NCBI GenBank assembly: GCA_028023455.1
Contig: JAQFVV010000010.1
Location: forward strand, 12,710,001 to 12,774,000
Reading direction: 5' to 3'
Length of the DNA stretch: 64,000 nt
Source: Epiperipatus broadwayi
Lineage: Eukaryota; Animalia; Onychophora
The translations under genes were made by a program, and so were the position numbers. The notes under the pieces were generated by a model. It saw nothing but the letters and a program-made list of their open reading frames with translations. It was not told where the DNA came from and ran no database searches. This document shows, piece by piece, positions 35,704 through 50,155 of the stretch (position 1 is the stretch's first letter; each line of letters opens with the position of its first letter).

Positions 35704-38700
35704 GTTAGTAAAATCTTTTTCATGTTTTTTTAAACTATTTATAATAAATGCTAAACTATATTATGCTATATATATATATTATTAATTTCCTAGCTATATA
35801 TCATTTATTCACACTTCTTCATATTTTGCTTTTATTGATTCCTCTATATGACTTTAGTTTCATTTGATTTTATTATGGAATGAAATTTCTATGAAATTGT
35901 TATAAGTCCTGGACTTTATTAATTCAATTCCTACTTTTGCAAATTGACTTCAATCAAGGTATTAAAAAAATGAGATATAACACTATCTTTCTGTAAGTTT
36001 TTGCTCCTTTTGAATATTTTTAAAATTGTTTGTGTGTTGTCTGACAAAATAATATTATTGTATGTGTGTGTTTCAAGAATGTAAATAAAATTATGTTTGT
36101 GTGTAATAATAAGGCTGGCAGAATGTTGAATAAATTCCCCCATTCTAACACTAAGAAATTAATGTATGTAAAAAATGTGTTAGATTATGAATTATGAAAA
36201 TGTATGCTAATTACGCAGATTAGTCAAGGTGCAATAAAAACAGCAGAAATCAGTATAAGTGTTTCAACAATAGTGCACAGAAGTAAGAGATGGTTATGCA
36301 TTCAGAAGAAACAAAATGCACATACTAATCTTGGGGAATATTTATACCTAATGAAAAATATATGCTAAGTCATCCATGTAGAGATATAGATGTACCAAAT
36401 GTAGCTTAATTGTTTGATGAAGTATATTTACTATAAGAAGATTTGTAACTATATTTGTAACAGCATTTAAAATAAATATTTGTTCATGTTGAGTTAATAT
36501 ATTCATCTTTGTTTTTTCATCATTGTGGTGAGTTTTATTTGTGACAATAAACATTGGTGCATATCCAGCTGGTAAATCATTATTGCCCTTGGATATACAG
36601 CATAATGGTGCAGTTGAAACTCAAAGTAACATGCATTAAGTGGAAATAAAGTTGTCTGATGCTTATAACACCTTGATGCAGTCCAACACTTTGAGAAAGC
36701 TGTGTAAGGAAGAAATAACAGCTAGTAATTAATAGAGTGAAAAATAATGGCACTGCAAAATAGCTCTGTTAGTGAGTTTGATGTAAACAACACTACAGGA
36801 TGGCCCATCTATGTTGCACATGTTGAGAGATACATTTTTATTAATAACATGGTAAGAGCAGCGATGTTAATGTAAATGGCTGGTAAAGATGTATTGCAAT
36901 TGGCTAACCTACTATGTGATCCAAAAATTTCAGAGGAAGTATCTTAACAAGAGTTAAAAGAAAGAGTAAGCATACATTTCAAGACTATGGCATTTAAACT
37001 TGTAGCAAGTCTAAGATTTAGAAACAGAATCAGACACCATGTGAGACAATTCAGGATTACAACATGGGATTGCATGTACTTGCCAAATAATGTAACTTTA
37101 GTGTGGAGTTGGATGACATACTTCTTGACCATTTATTATGGAGTACAACTGACAGCAAGCTCAGACAAATACTACTGTGTGAAACTGAGGTAATGTGCAA
37201 CCATGTCATTGAGAAATGTATAACCTATGAAGCCGTGCTGGAAAAGGCAATAGAGTTTCAGAATAATAGAGAGTTAAGAAAACAAAAACAAATTAACAGT
37301 AAATAAAACAAAAGCTAAGTGTAAAAACTGTAAGAGTATTGATAATGCTTGTATATGCTCTTGTTGCAGTGGCAAAGACCAATATGAAAAAGAATAATAA
37401 ATTTAAAAAGGACAGGTACCATACTTGTTGAGTTGAAGGATATTTGTCATGAGTTTGTTATAACAAATGGAGAAAGAATAAAAAGAAGTTACTACTGGAC
37501 TGTAACTCAAGGGGAGGGGTCAGCAAAAGGGAAACTAATGTCAAAAAGATGAACGATTTTGACAATAATCATATATTGGATGTTCATATTTGTGAACAGG
37601 CAGTGAGAATGGAAAATAGATAATGGATTTAGGGTGTCTGTTATGTCACAGAGAGAATAAAAACTGATGTAGTGGTGACCAACATAAACAGAAAGTCAAT
37701 AAAAATATGAGGGGTAGTAACTGTACCAGTGAAAGCAAACTTGAGAATTAAAATTTCTGAGATTTAAGCCCAATTCTAGACCAAAATTAGTTTAAACGAT
37801 TAAGAATTAGGATAAAGATAATAAAAAGAGTACCACTGGAGACCGAAGTCAGAGAAAAGTTTTCAAAATTGTTTAATTCAGGCCCATAAGAATTAAATAC
37901 TCAGCTGGTTGACATAGAATTATTGGAGAATGCTCAGCCTATTGTTTGAAGCCCATGGAAGGTTCCTTTGCTTTAAAATCCAAGATTGATGAAATGCTTA
38001 AAGGTTTGAATTCTATTTTCTATTGAAGAATTATCATGGGTAACACTGGTTGTAGTAATATTGAAGCCAGATGAGAACATTTATTTATGTAACGATTATC
38101 GAATAACATTAAATAAATATATTAATAACAGAGGGTACTCTGTATTGTGTTTTTGAGATCTTAGCATTGCTGCAAAAAGTGTCATACTTTTGCTAAGATC
38201 GATTTACAGTCTGTGTTCCACCAAATTTATGCAACATCAACACAGCTGAACTTTTAAAATTAATAACCCATTTGGGATTATTTAATTGTAATAAATTTCA
38301 ATATTGAGTAACTATTGCCCCAAAGTATTCTAAGCTAAAATGTGAACCCCAAAGTGTTCCAAGCTAAAATGGTTGGTCTCCTACAAGAGATGGAAGGAAT
38401 CATTCCTTACCTAGATGATATTCTGATAGATTAGAGAATTTTGATGCACAACTAAATGTCACAAAGTATATTTGGTCTACTACAGAAATAAAGTTTTTAG
38501 GCCATGTTATTATATTAATAACAAAGAAAAATATCTGAATCCAGAAAAAGTAAAAGTCATTAAGAATGCACTTAAACCAAAAAGCATTAAGGATTGCAAG
38601 CATGTCTGGGTTTATTAAAAAAAAATTTGAGAGTTTCGATCACATGTAAGTGACACCATTATATGATCTGTTAAGGAAAAACAGTGATGAAATAAATGGG

Positions 38701-40739
38701 GACATTGCATTTAAAAAGATTAAAGATTTTTTAATGTTGAATCATCTCCTTGTTCAATACACAAATGATCTAGAACTAATGATGACAACTAATGCTTCTG
38801 AATATTTAATCGGGGCCATTGTTTCACATAGAGTATATGGAGATAAACATCCAATCACATATGCATCCAAAACTTTAATGGCAGCTGAAATGAATTATAC
38901 TCATCTAGATAAGAAAGCATTAGCGATTGTCTTTGCACTAAAAAAATTTCACCGGTATGTATAAGGATTTAGGTTTAAGATTTATACAGATCATAGACCT
39001 CTGTTGGGAATAGTCAGAAAATGATCAAATGGATGAATATATTAGCATTCTACAATTTTGAATTCATATACACCTGGGTCTCTTTTTATGCAGATTTTTT
39101 AAAGGCGATTTTGAAGTTATGTGATTTATGTTTCTTCTTAATATCTTTTTATACAGTTTTCTTTTGTGTGATAAAGAAGTTCATAATTCACTTTAAATCG
39201 GAATTTCCTCATTTTATATACACACATTAAATTTTACTAGATTATAATGTAAATCTGTTCAAACACTATCTGAAATTAATGTGATGTGAAACAATTAATG
39301 AAATTTGATTTTTAAACAGAATTGAAAATCAAAAAATTAAAGACAATTAAAAATAAGAATTTAATTAATTGTTAGTTTTAATTAAATTTTGCCCAACACT
39401 GGTGAGTAGGTGTCTTTATTATCATAAGTCTAATTTCTTATTTTTATTTTAAACTTTTAGTTTAACCTAATGGAGAGGAAAAAAACATCCAAAAAAAGAC
39501 ATTTCTTTGGAAGCGAAAATTTCAATTTTAGATCGCTTAGCGAGAGAAGGATCAACAGCGATTGGAAAAGATTTTTGTTTAGGCGAGTCCACTATAAGAG
39601 CAATTAAAAAAAATGAAGTTGCAATAAGAAAATCTGTCATTTTTGGCACAAAATTAAATGCCAAATTATCATGATATTCAAGAGATGATTTATTAGAAAA
39701 AATGGAATGAGAACTCATAATCTGGATTGAAGAATTCCTTTAAGCGGTGATTTAATTCAGTGAAAAGCTTTTCAGTTTTATGCACGAATCCAAACCATCT
39801 ACTTGCGCTTCTCGGACTAATAGAAAATTTTTGGCTAGCAAAGGATGGTTAACCAGGTTTTTAAAAAGGAATTCACTACATAATGTGAAGATTACGGATG
39901 AGGTTGCATCGGCATATGAAAAAGCTGCCAAAAATTTTCCTGAAGGATTAGAAAAAGTTATTGAAGATCATGGATATTGTCCACACCAAGTATTTAATGC
40001 TGATGAAACAGGACTGTTTTGGAAAAAAATGTCTAGTCGAACTTATATCACAAAGTCTGAGAAAAAAGCTAGTGGGTTTAAAGTAAGCAAAGATTGAATA
40101 ACGTTACTTTGTAGCAATGCATTGGAAGATCAGATGTTGAAACCTCTCATGATAAACCGATCTTTAAGGCCATGCACTTTAATAGGTAAAGATAAAAAAC
40201 AACTGCAGGTATACTGGATAGCTTATACAAAGGCTTGGGTGACAACTGCAATATTTACTGTCTGGTTTATACGTTCTTACAACCGCATAATGCGGCCGTG
40301 AATTTTCAAATTATAAACATCCAGTTTAAGCTTAAAAATATCGGAAATCTATGCTGTCTACGCATGTGCTTTTTACACCTTTGTTTCTATCTTTCTAGTT
40401 TCAGAAAAAGTAAGTTTTATTTTTCTATGATAAAAAATTAAAAATTTTATGATAATTTTTGTGATCAAGTAAATTGAATTTTTTTGTCTTTCTCTCAGTT
40501 TTTTCATTGATAACAGAATTGTATTTACCCTGAAAATTACATCAGAAAAAATATAAGTTTACACCGATGAGTTTAATTGAATGAACATTATTGGGAGCCG
40601 ATAGTAAGTATTGATTTTTATATAATTTTAAATTATTATTTGAATATATTTTTTAATTATTATTTGAATTTATATTTGATAAAAAATATACAAAAAAAAT
40701 TATTATTGAAACTAACATATATGTTGATCAAAAAAATAG

Positions 40740-41130
40740 CTCGTGATTGTGTAAATTTATATCGTGAATTATCTGTATTTTTTGGATTGATATGGACTTG
40801 GATCCAGTATATGAATTAGATGATATGAGACAAAGATAAATATATTATGCAAATATTATGCCCAATTTAGATTTTTCTATAATGTCTTGTCTGCATTTTA
40901 ATAATAATAAAAATACGCAAATGCTGAAAGTAAAGATTTTGACAGTATATAATCTTAGGCCGATTATACACTAATGCAATGTAAATTTCAAAGTTGCATA
41001 TCAAATGCAAAGAGTGGTGGCAGCTGATGAAGCTATTACTAAATTTATGGTCATAGTAGCATGAAGCAATATGAGCCCTCAAAACCTATAAAGATATGAT
41101 AAATAATACTAGATTGTACTGACTCTAAAC
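40740..41130 (+). pseudogene. piggyBac-type transposase fragment
   Basis: Frame-shifted translation ELSVFFGLI...IMSCLHFNNN...LRPII...AADEAITKF..GHSSMKQYEPSKPIK. Confidence 0.7.
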
Positions 41131-42490
41131 TACTAACTTATATATCTCAAGCTTAATTCTATAAAGAATTTAGTATTTTATTCACTTTTATATAATTTTA
41201 TTTTGTATATAGTGATTATTTTAGTAGTAATTTTTAATAAATTACAAACTGTATTGAGGTTCTTTATTATAATATTCAAATTATACTAATTATTGATCAA
41301 TATTAACTATTTGTTATAAGGGATGTTATTAGGGGTGACATTTTCATTGCAAACCCCTGTATGGAAAAACATTTTGAAGGGCTACTAGGAAAAATGAAAG
41401 GTACTAATGTCTTTATTCTACGAAGTGTTCAAGTGATGGATTACCTTTGGTAAGTGTTATTATATATCAATTTTTTAGAAATTTTATGATGAATTCAATT
41501 AACGTACTAACAAAAATATAATTTTAGGTTTGTATGCATGATAATGATAATTTTGAATTAAGAAATAATATGAAAATAATTATAAGAAATACTAACTTTT
41601 ATTCTTTTTTTATTACTTTGAATATCAATGCCTATATTTTTTTCAGATTAATTACATTCTTTGGTGTTTTATGTTTCAAACAATATATATTTTGTCATTT
41701 TTGAATAATACAAACTTAAGTTTTATGATAAAATTTGTGGCTTAATATAATTTTTTAAATATTCAATATGTCTGCTTCATTAGCTATAAGCAAAAATGGA
41801 AACATATATGAAACAAAAAGGTCTGAATTTCAAAATTTTATTACTTGTTGACAATGCACCAGGTCATCCATATTTAGAACATCCAAAGTAAAGGTTATGG
41901 TTTTTCCACCTAATATAACAAGCATTATTCAGCGATTAGGTCAAGACATAATTGCAACTTTTAAACATTACATTAAACAAACTTTTCAATTTATATTAGA
42001 TAAATTAGAAAATGAGTCAATAGCGGTAACTGACGCTTGGAAAAAATTTACCATCTTTGACTATATAAATCATGTTGCATTTGCTGTTACTCAAATAAAA
42101 TCACACACTTTAAATGCTGCTGGAAAAAGATTTGGTCTATATGTCCTGAAAACAGTGCAGCTATTCAAACATCGGCATTATCAGATGAAATAATTACTTT
42201 GGCACAGGATATTGGTGGAGACGGTTTTGATTCCTTTAGCCAGAATGATATCAATAAATTGCTTAAGGATAATGCCTTAAATGATAATGATATTATTGCG
42301 ATAAGTTTAGATAGCATAGAAGATTTAGAAAAAGATTAATGAAACAGAAGTGGAACCTATTCCTTTCATAGCAAAAATGATTTGAGGTCTTCAACTTTCT
42401 AATCAATTGGAAAATCATTTTCTTGTTAATGACACAAATTATGAACAAGCTCTTAAATTCCAACAAGAGCTAAATAGTTGTATGTCTGGA

Positions 42491-42537
42491 CATTAAAACA
42501 GGCAAAACTATTCATACAGTATTGATCATGTGATGTT
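42491..42537. mobile_element. 47-bp remnant made only of terminal pieces of the CTAG-hammerhead repeat family
   Basis: ATTAAAACAGGCAAAACT...CATACAGTA joined to GATCATGTGATGTT. 10-bp TSD TATGTCTGGA at 42481-42490 and 42538-42547. Confidence 0.75.
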
Positions 42538-45500
42538 TATGTCTGGATATCGCGAGCTTCATAAACAATTAGTAAAATCATTGACCCGAAGTTTATTCAC
42601 CGATTACATTGTCACCAGAAAACCATTAACACAGCACGAGACTGAAGTTGGTGCTAATTCTGCTGTTTGTGTTTTCTTTTGTAATTAATCTGATTTCTCA
42701 CCAGTTCACAAACGAATCCGCATATTATCAAATAGCAATAATGATTAAAATATGTATGAAAAAATGTAAAATAAATTACACATAAAAATATATTGTTTTC
42801 AATAAAGGAAAAAAAACTTCGTCTTGTATCAATTTTTTTCAAATATTTGAAATTTTTTTTAGTCATACTTTATTTCCTTTTTTTTTTAATGCAAATTTTA
42901 AAGTAATTTAACCTTGTTGCTTTGGTTTTATGCGATTTTTGAAAATTATGGAATGTATCCCAAATTTTTCAATGTAAGTTTATTTTTGGGCGATTTTTTT
43001 TGTGCGGGTTTTCTGTGGAACGTATCTACCACACAAAATGAGAGCCAGGAAATGCGTTATCAAGAATTCCCAATATGCATGAATATGAATCACCCACCGT
43101 GGAGATAAATCATATAGATTCAGTGGAATCGAATGTATTAAATAGTGCCATTGTAGCCTAATAGACTAAAGAAAATTCTGGGTATCAAGTAGTTAGAAAG
43201 TGTATTTAAGATGGATGGTTCCTAGGTTGACCAAGCTATGTGGTTGAGCTAATCTGGAAAGTGTATGAGAGTCTGTCCATGTACAAGCGATGCATTTTAA
43301 TGACAGATCACATCTTGTCATCATTAGAATGAAAGAATTATCAAGTCGTGTGGTGGCCTACTACGAATCATGAGAATCAACATATAGTCGAGTACTGTAG
43401 AGCCAATCAATCTACAGTTAAGCTGCTCTTGAAAAAATTAAAACTGTGGTCACAAGTCACTAAACTATGGCAGAGAATCTTATGGGCCACACTGGATCTA
43501 ATAATGGATATATCTTCTTGGTAGTTATCGACTCTTATTCAAAATGAATGAATATAGAGTTGTAAAAAACAAGAGTGTGGAGAACACTATAAAAGTATCA
43601 AATGAACTGTTTGCATGTCACAGTTATCCAGATGTCACATGACAGAGCCGGATTCATTTCACTACAGTTAAAAGATTTTTTAGCTAGCAAGGAGGTTCAA
43701 ATCCCCTATATCATCCTGAGTCCAATGGATTAGCTGAGATGGCAGTGCAACAGTTGAAGCTAACATTAAACAAACTCATTATAAGGATATTAATGAGGCT
43801 ATAACAGCAAACATGTTTTACCAGCATTTTATGCCAGGTATGGCTACTAGGAAAATACTTGATGAAATGTTGAGAAGCAGAAAATATGTATCCCATATCA
43901 GTCTTAGTCTGTAAGAAGATTGAGAAAAGAGAGAATTATTTGGTCAGCATGAAATATATAATGTTGAAGAAACAGTATGGGTATGCGACTTAATATGAGT
44001 TGTATCAAAAATAATGTCACAACAACTGAGAGTGATGTAGCTGGTGGATGGTCTTGAAATCTGAAGGCAATTACCTTCGAAGTTGCCAGTGTGAGTCACT
44101 GGAATCAGTAAATGAATTCTCCAGTAGCAAAAAATGATAGATCCTGAGAAAAAAGATTTTGATGGTGCATTATTAGAAGCATGAGAGAAGAGAAATCCAA
44201 AATTGAGCTGACGAATGAAACTGATTTTTTGGGAGCAGGTAATCAGTCTTAAAAATTCACCAAAAGCATCGATGGTGGATTTACTCAGTTCAGAAAAGTC
44301 AGAAAAAGAAAATAGATTAAAGGCAGAGGAGGAAGAAAGACTGATACAATCACCTAGATGTGTGAGAGATTGGAGAAGGCTGAAAAATTTAAGGACTCTA
44401 TTAGTAATTAAATGTATTGACTATTTTTTAAAGTGAGATGAGGAGTATAAAAATATTTTATGTGTGTGTGTGTATATATATATATACATTTCAAAGATGT
44501 AAATAAAGTTATGTTTGTGAGTAATAACTAGTCAGACAGAACATTGAATAAAACCCTATTTATTACTCTAAAAAATAAATGTGCATTAGATTATGGATTA
44601 TATACTAATTATGCAGAGTAATCATAGTACAATAAAAACTGCAGAAGTTAGCTTGAATGTATTACAGTAGTACACAAAAAGAGAGTTGGTAGTGCACTCG
44701 GGGAGAAGATGAAACAAAGTGCACATACTAAGAAAATGACTGCATGGAGAATATCTGTATATAGTGTGAAAGATATAGGCTGAGTAGTAGATATAGAGAG
44801 ATATAGATCTACGAAATCCAACCTAATTATTTGATGAAGTGTATTTACTATGAAAAGATTTGTAACTACATTTGTAAGAGCGTTTTAAATATATATTTGT
44901 TTGTGTTGAGTTAATAAACTCATCTTTGTTAAATTTTCAGCATGGTGTTGAGTGTTATTCAAGATAATAAATATTGATGTGTATTCAGCTGATAATGTCA
45001 ATATTGCTTCTGGATATATAGCAAGTTGTTTGGTATTCATTATTCTGTCAAAAAGCCAGTTTCATACACTGAATCAGTTCATTATGATTAAACATTTCTA
45101 TTTTTTATTTTATTCCTTAAATTATAATTACTCCTCTTTTTTAAGATCTATCAAATTTTCTCTTCTATCTCTCTTTCCTTTAATGTCCACTACTCTTTTT
45201 AATATATTTTTTATAATTTTTTTATCTTGAAAGTTTATGCCCACTTATATTTGTTTATCTCCTCATAATATTCTTCATAAATCTAATTTTACCCAGTCTT
45301 TCTATTTTGCATTTGCCCACGACTTGAAGCAGCAAAACACAATTAATTGATAACTAAAACTAAATTTAGTAATAAAGATTTATTATAAGTTATACAACCC
45401 AAAACTAGAATATATATTATCACAAGCTGAAATATATACAGACAAATAAATGATCATGTAGTTCTTTAAGTCTTTAAACATTCTTCATATATTGTCTGAC

Positions 45501-46645
45501 AATTTCAGTCTTATTTAATGGATTGATACTTCCACAATTCCCCAAGTTAAAACCTAAGAGCCTTTTAGGCTTACATACAACAAAATAAAATCAGGACGAT
45601 CTGTTTTAAATACTAGTCAGATTTTTATACCTTCAGATTCCGAAACATCTGGGTTTATTCCCTTGCAGATGTTAACTGGTTACCGATGATACTCATCATG
45701 AGCTCAATAGCACTTCACCAACACAATGGAGAAAAAGAGCACTTAATTCTCCAATCCCGAGTTTTTATAGTCTGCCATTTAATTGTTCTCTTAACAGCAA
45801 AATTCCTTTGTGAAAGCACTTAATTAATTTTACTTTCCAGATCTACTATTTTCCTAAGATTTTATCTTTACCTAATCAATCAAAATTTGCTTTTCCATTC
45901 TTTTCATTCAGTCTGTAGAAACCTTTTAACTAAGTAGCTCTATTCATTTTTTTATATCTATAACTCATTCCTAAAACAGTTTCCATTGTCATTAATTAGT
46001 ACATTTAAATGTAATTTCTGGAGTATTCTTATTGATCTTTTTTTATACTAAAATATTTATTGAAAATAAAATACTACACTTTCAACACTTCTTCATTGCT
46101 AATCATAGTTTTTTTCAACTTACTCCTTTCATTTTTCATCACATTCACATCTATGAAACCTTCAATTTTTACCTCTGTTTTCTTAATCTCTGCCCTACAT
46201 AAAGCAATTTCAAACAAACATTTAACAAATTTCATTCTTAGAACTAATTTCAATCAACTGTAAAATAATTACCATTATTAAAACTCTATTTATTCACTGC
46301 AGAAATATTTGAATTCAGTGAGTGTTTTTGTCTTGTGCTTAATGTTTTTACTTCACTTATTTTTATTACTTTAGTTTAATTTTTGTTTATTTTTTTAACT
46401 AAATCTTCTGTAATTCATCATTAGATTTTATTAAGTTTATCTTCATCATTCATAAGTATTGCCTATTTTCATTAAAACTGATACAATGCTAATCTCATTC
46501 ATATCAATAATACTCAATTAAAAACTCAGATGATATAAGACATGCAACAGTCTTGCCTAAGATCTAATTCTTGTGCAAGAAGAATATTAAATCATAGAAA
46601 TATCTTTTCATTCATATAAAAAAATTTTAAACATCTTTTGCTCTT

Positions 46646-49181
46646 AAGGGGTCGGCAACCAGATTCGGCCCATGAGAGATTTTTGTCCAGCCCTCCAGCT
46701 TAACAACTGGATACCAATTAACTAGAGATTAGATAACTAGTAGCCAATGATTAGATATAAGTATACTGGAAAATGTTTAATAAAAGTTTATTCACAATTA
46801 TTAAATCTTGTCACATTACTATATCTGCAGATACATTTGTTTTTATTGTTTCTTATTTCTCTATACTGATTTCTTTTTTTTTCTTTCCTTTCCAGAAGTT
46901 CTTTTTTTTTTTTTTTGAGCAAAAACGAACCCACAGATACTAAAAAAAAATAGATAGATCTTGAGTGCCGAAATTTTAATGAAGGTTGGACACTTAGCTA
47001 TTTTTTCATTGAGCACTTTGAGAAATGTATTTGTTTGATTTGTCGTGATACTATTAACATGAAGAAAGATTCAAATATTAAATGGTATTATGAAACTTGC
47101 TATAATCATTACAACAATTTCACTGGAAAAATACGAGAAGATATTTCATGGCTGAGAAATAATTTAACAAGGCAGTCATTTTTTTTTCACAAAAAAAAAG
47201 TTGAAGAAATTGACCAAAACAATCATGCTAGCTACAAGATGTCAAACTAATTGCAGAAAAGATGAAACCTTTTACTGTTGGAGAATTCTTCAAAGAATGT
47301 ATATTGAAGGTAGTGAATGTTTGTCCAGAAAAAACTAATTATTTTCTGCAATAAGTTTATCGGCAAGAACTGTAACAAGATAAATTGAAGAACTGGCAAG
47401 AAATGTCAGAAGTGGCTTAAAGGGCATTTTAACAAATCTGGAGTATTGATCCATTGCCATTGATGAAACCATAGATAAGACAGATACTTTCCAACCTGCA
47501 GTATTTGAGGAGTGTAAAACCAACATTTGATATTGTGGAAGAATTTGTTCAATTGATTTCTATGAAGAACCCTAGCACTGGAGAAGATATTTTGGGAGGT
47601 ATTATAAAACCTATTTCTGAAATAAATCTTGATTTATCAAAGCTTATTGGAGTAACCACAGATGGAGCACCAGCAATGATTGGAAAGAAAAAGAGGTTTG
47701 TTTCATTGCTTCAAGAACACATTGGTATTGATCACAAACTAATCAAACTTCACTGCATTATTCACCAGGATGCATTATGTGCAAAGTCATTGAATTTTAA
47801 TGATATTATGGCAATGGCCATAAAAACGGAGATTTTCATACTTTCAATAGGACAAAATCACTGTCAGTTTCAAGAATTTCTAAAACAAATTTGCAGAGTG
47901 TGGTAATCTTGGATATTTTTCAAATGTTCAATGGCTTAGCCAAGGAAAAATGCTGGAATAACTATATGCATTGAGAGAAGAAATCCCTCTGTTTTTAGAG
48001 AGCAATGACCAAGATAATTCTTGCTTTCAGGATCCACAGTGGGTTGTCAATTATAGCTGACATCACAACCCACATGAACAATTTGAATCTTGAGTTTCAA
48101 GGAACAAGCTTATATTTGAAATGTTTAGTCAAATTACTGCTTTTGAAAGAAAACTTCAACTGTGTGGATTACAAGTTCAGACAGGCAACTACTCTTATTT
48201 TCCAAATCTCCAAAATCACAAGAAAGATGTAATACCAGACATTTTTATGAGCTCTATTCAGGATTTAAGAAGTGAGTTTCTCCTGTTTTGTGGACTTCCT
48301 ACAATATAGAAATCAATTTATATTATTTGGTTCTCCTTATGAAATTGATGTGGAACAAGTGGCAGAACGATATTAGTTGGAGTTAATTGACTTACAATGT
48401 GACAAATTTTTGAAATCAAAATTCCACTTTAAGTCCACTGCTAACTTTTATAAGAAAGTATGTATTGCCAAGTGGAAAATATTAAAACATCTTGAATAAT
48501 GCAAAAATCATGGTATCATTATTTGCAAGTACATATGCTTGTAAACAACTTTTTTCAAAAATGAAATATTCTAAAAGTTGTTTAGGAACAAGGTTGTGTG
48601 ATGACCACCTGAATTATGTTTTGTTTCTGGCATCAACAAACATTTCTCCTGATCTGGAAAAGTTAGTAAACAATAAGCAGAAACAAGTGTCACATTAATT
48701 AATTTGCCATTTCTAATTGTATTTTCTTTATAGTAAGGAATTTGCAATTTTTTTGTTGTGCTTGCAGTAAGTAGTTGTTTTACTGTTATTCCTACAGTAA
48801 AATAAGTAATCTTGTTTAAATAAAATTACATTGATTTCCTTTTTTTTTTAAATATCCAGACCAAGACAGCTTTCTAGACAGAGTGCTCTAAGGTCGAGAT
48901 GATTTATTTATAGTACATTTGATGTCATGGCTCTCCTTCAATTTGCAATTTTTTTGCTGTGTTTGCAATTAGTAGTTGTTTTACTGTTCTTCTGATAGTA
49001 AAATAAGTAACCTTGTTTAAATAAATTCTTTGTTTTCTTTAAATATCCAGATGAAGTCAGTTTTCTGGGCAGAGTGGTTTAAGATCGAGATGATTTATTT
49101 TTAGTACATTTGATATCATGGCTTTTCTGCAAGACACTGCAGAGCAATCTGGCCCTCTCTCCAAAAGGTTGCCAATCCCTT
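46646..49181 (+). mobile_element. hAT transposon relic (GTF2IRD2/SPIN/Buster-like transposase)
   Basis: TIRs AAGGGGTCGGCAACC / GGTTGCCAATCCCTT. Broken ORFs with CLIC...K..NI, GVTTDGAPAMIG, HCIIHQDALC and LFASTYACKQLFSKMK. Tandem duplication of about 190 bp at 48730-49125. No clear 8-bp TSD. Confidence 0.85.
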
Positions 49182-50072
49182 TTTTAATACATAGTAGTCA
49201 ATTTACTTAATGTTTTTTTTTAAAATCATTGAAAATAATATTAATCTTCTTTACGCTTTATATATCTCAGTAATAGTTACCTTTTTGTTTAACTTTTCTA
49301 AATCCAAATTGCTTTTCAATTATTTGCATATAAAATATATTGGAAATCTGCCTATTCAAAACTCTTAATAGTATTTTAGTCACATATAAGCTAATTGTTT
49401 TAAAATTTTCACATTTCATTGTAATAGATTTTTTCTTTATTGAAAATCTGTTGGTAGTATCACTCTTAAATACTCATGGTCTAAGTTCTTGGAGAGTTTT
49501 CACATTTCAAGTATTCATGCACAGTAAGCCAGCTAGATTATGTAGAAGGACCATTATTAGAACTCTGGTCTTTGGAGTAAATTTACTTTTGAATTGATTT
49601 ATAGATGCATAATAAGACATATTCTAGAAAGTATAAATAAGAGGAAAATTTAACTTTTTAGTATTGAGTTTATTTTTTGACAAAATAAAATTTTATAATA
49701 TTTTACGAAATCATAAGATTCAATTAATTTTCAATTGGATAATTTGAATTCATCACTATATATATATATATTTTAAATAACCATTATTGAGAGAGATTTA
49801 TTATATCTGAGTTTGCGTAGATTAAATATATTTATGATATGAAAACTATGCATTTTATTTCTACAATATGACAATTGTTTGATTAAAATTATTAGTTTAC
49901 TCAAAGAAATAACAGCATGCGTCACCTGATCAAATTTGATGTTTATAATATGAGTTATTTTACTGTATTGTTAAATGTATCTTTTTTATGATTTGATTTG
50001 TGTCATCTCTTTATTAAAATTAAAATTCAGTATTTACACATTGCACATAAATATCATTAATTTTGTTTACAG

Positions 50073-50155
50073 GTTCCTACAGATATGTTAAAATTAGCTC
50101 CTGTTTTACTTATATCAGTTGTCCCTTTTGGCAATTATGTTGTGTTTCCAGTGGT
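50073..50155 (+). CDS. LETMD1: LETMD1-like exon C (VPTDMLKLAPVLLISVVPFGNYVVFPVV)
   Basis: TTTGTTTACAG acceptor and GTAAGT donor; phase 0 in. Matches the D-x-x-K-x-x-P...PF-x-NY-x-x-FP transmembrane motif of the LETM1 family. Confidence 0.85.

Larger units (their letters stand above)
39071..43054 (+). mobile_element. Tigger/pogo (CENP-B-like DDE) DNA transposon relic
   Basis: SKGWLTRFLKRNSLHN, VFNADETGLFWKKM, LLLVDNAPGHP and FPPNITSIIQ motifs. Imperfect TIR CCTGGGTCTCTTTTTATG / CACAAAATGAGAGCCAGG. Interrupted at about 40270-41770. Confidence 0.85.
36045..45023 (+). mobile_element. Old Ty3/Gypsy element with diverged LTRs, interrupted by Tigger
   Basis: LTR-like blocks at about 36045-36602 and about 44446-45023 (both end TAT(A/AC)AGCA). 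PBS TGGTGCAG at 36606. gag relic at 36750-37300. RNase H 38650-38964 (PITYASKTL..AE.NY..LDKKALAIVFALKKFH). Integrase relic about 43400-43900. PPT about 44430-44445. Confidence 0.8.

Noticed and set aside
41321-41449. Exon-like 129-bp segment (AG...GTAAG) with an open frame DVIRGDIFIANPCMEKHFEGLLGK
   Set aside because: In the phase-0 LETMD1 intron it reads GGA TGT TAT TAG (stop), has no LETM1-family similarity and lies in the TE insertion carrying the piggyBac fragment. It is probably a transposon-internal exon or a chance match.
45050-46600. Purine-rich minus-strand stretch suggestive of a decayed LINE ORF1 or endonuclease
   Set aside because: Only faint motif hints with no continuous frame; a profile search is needed to support a call.
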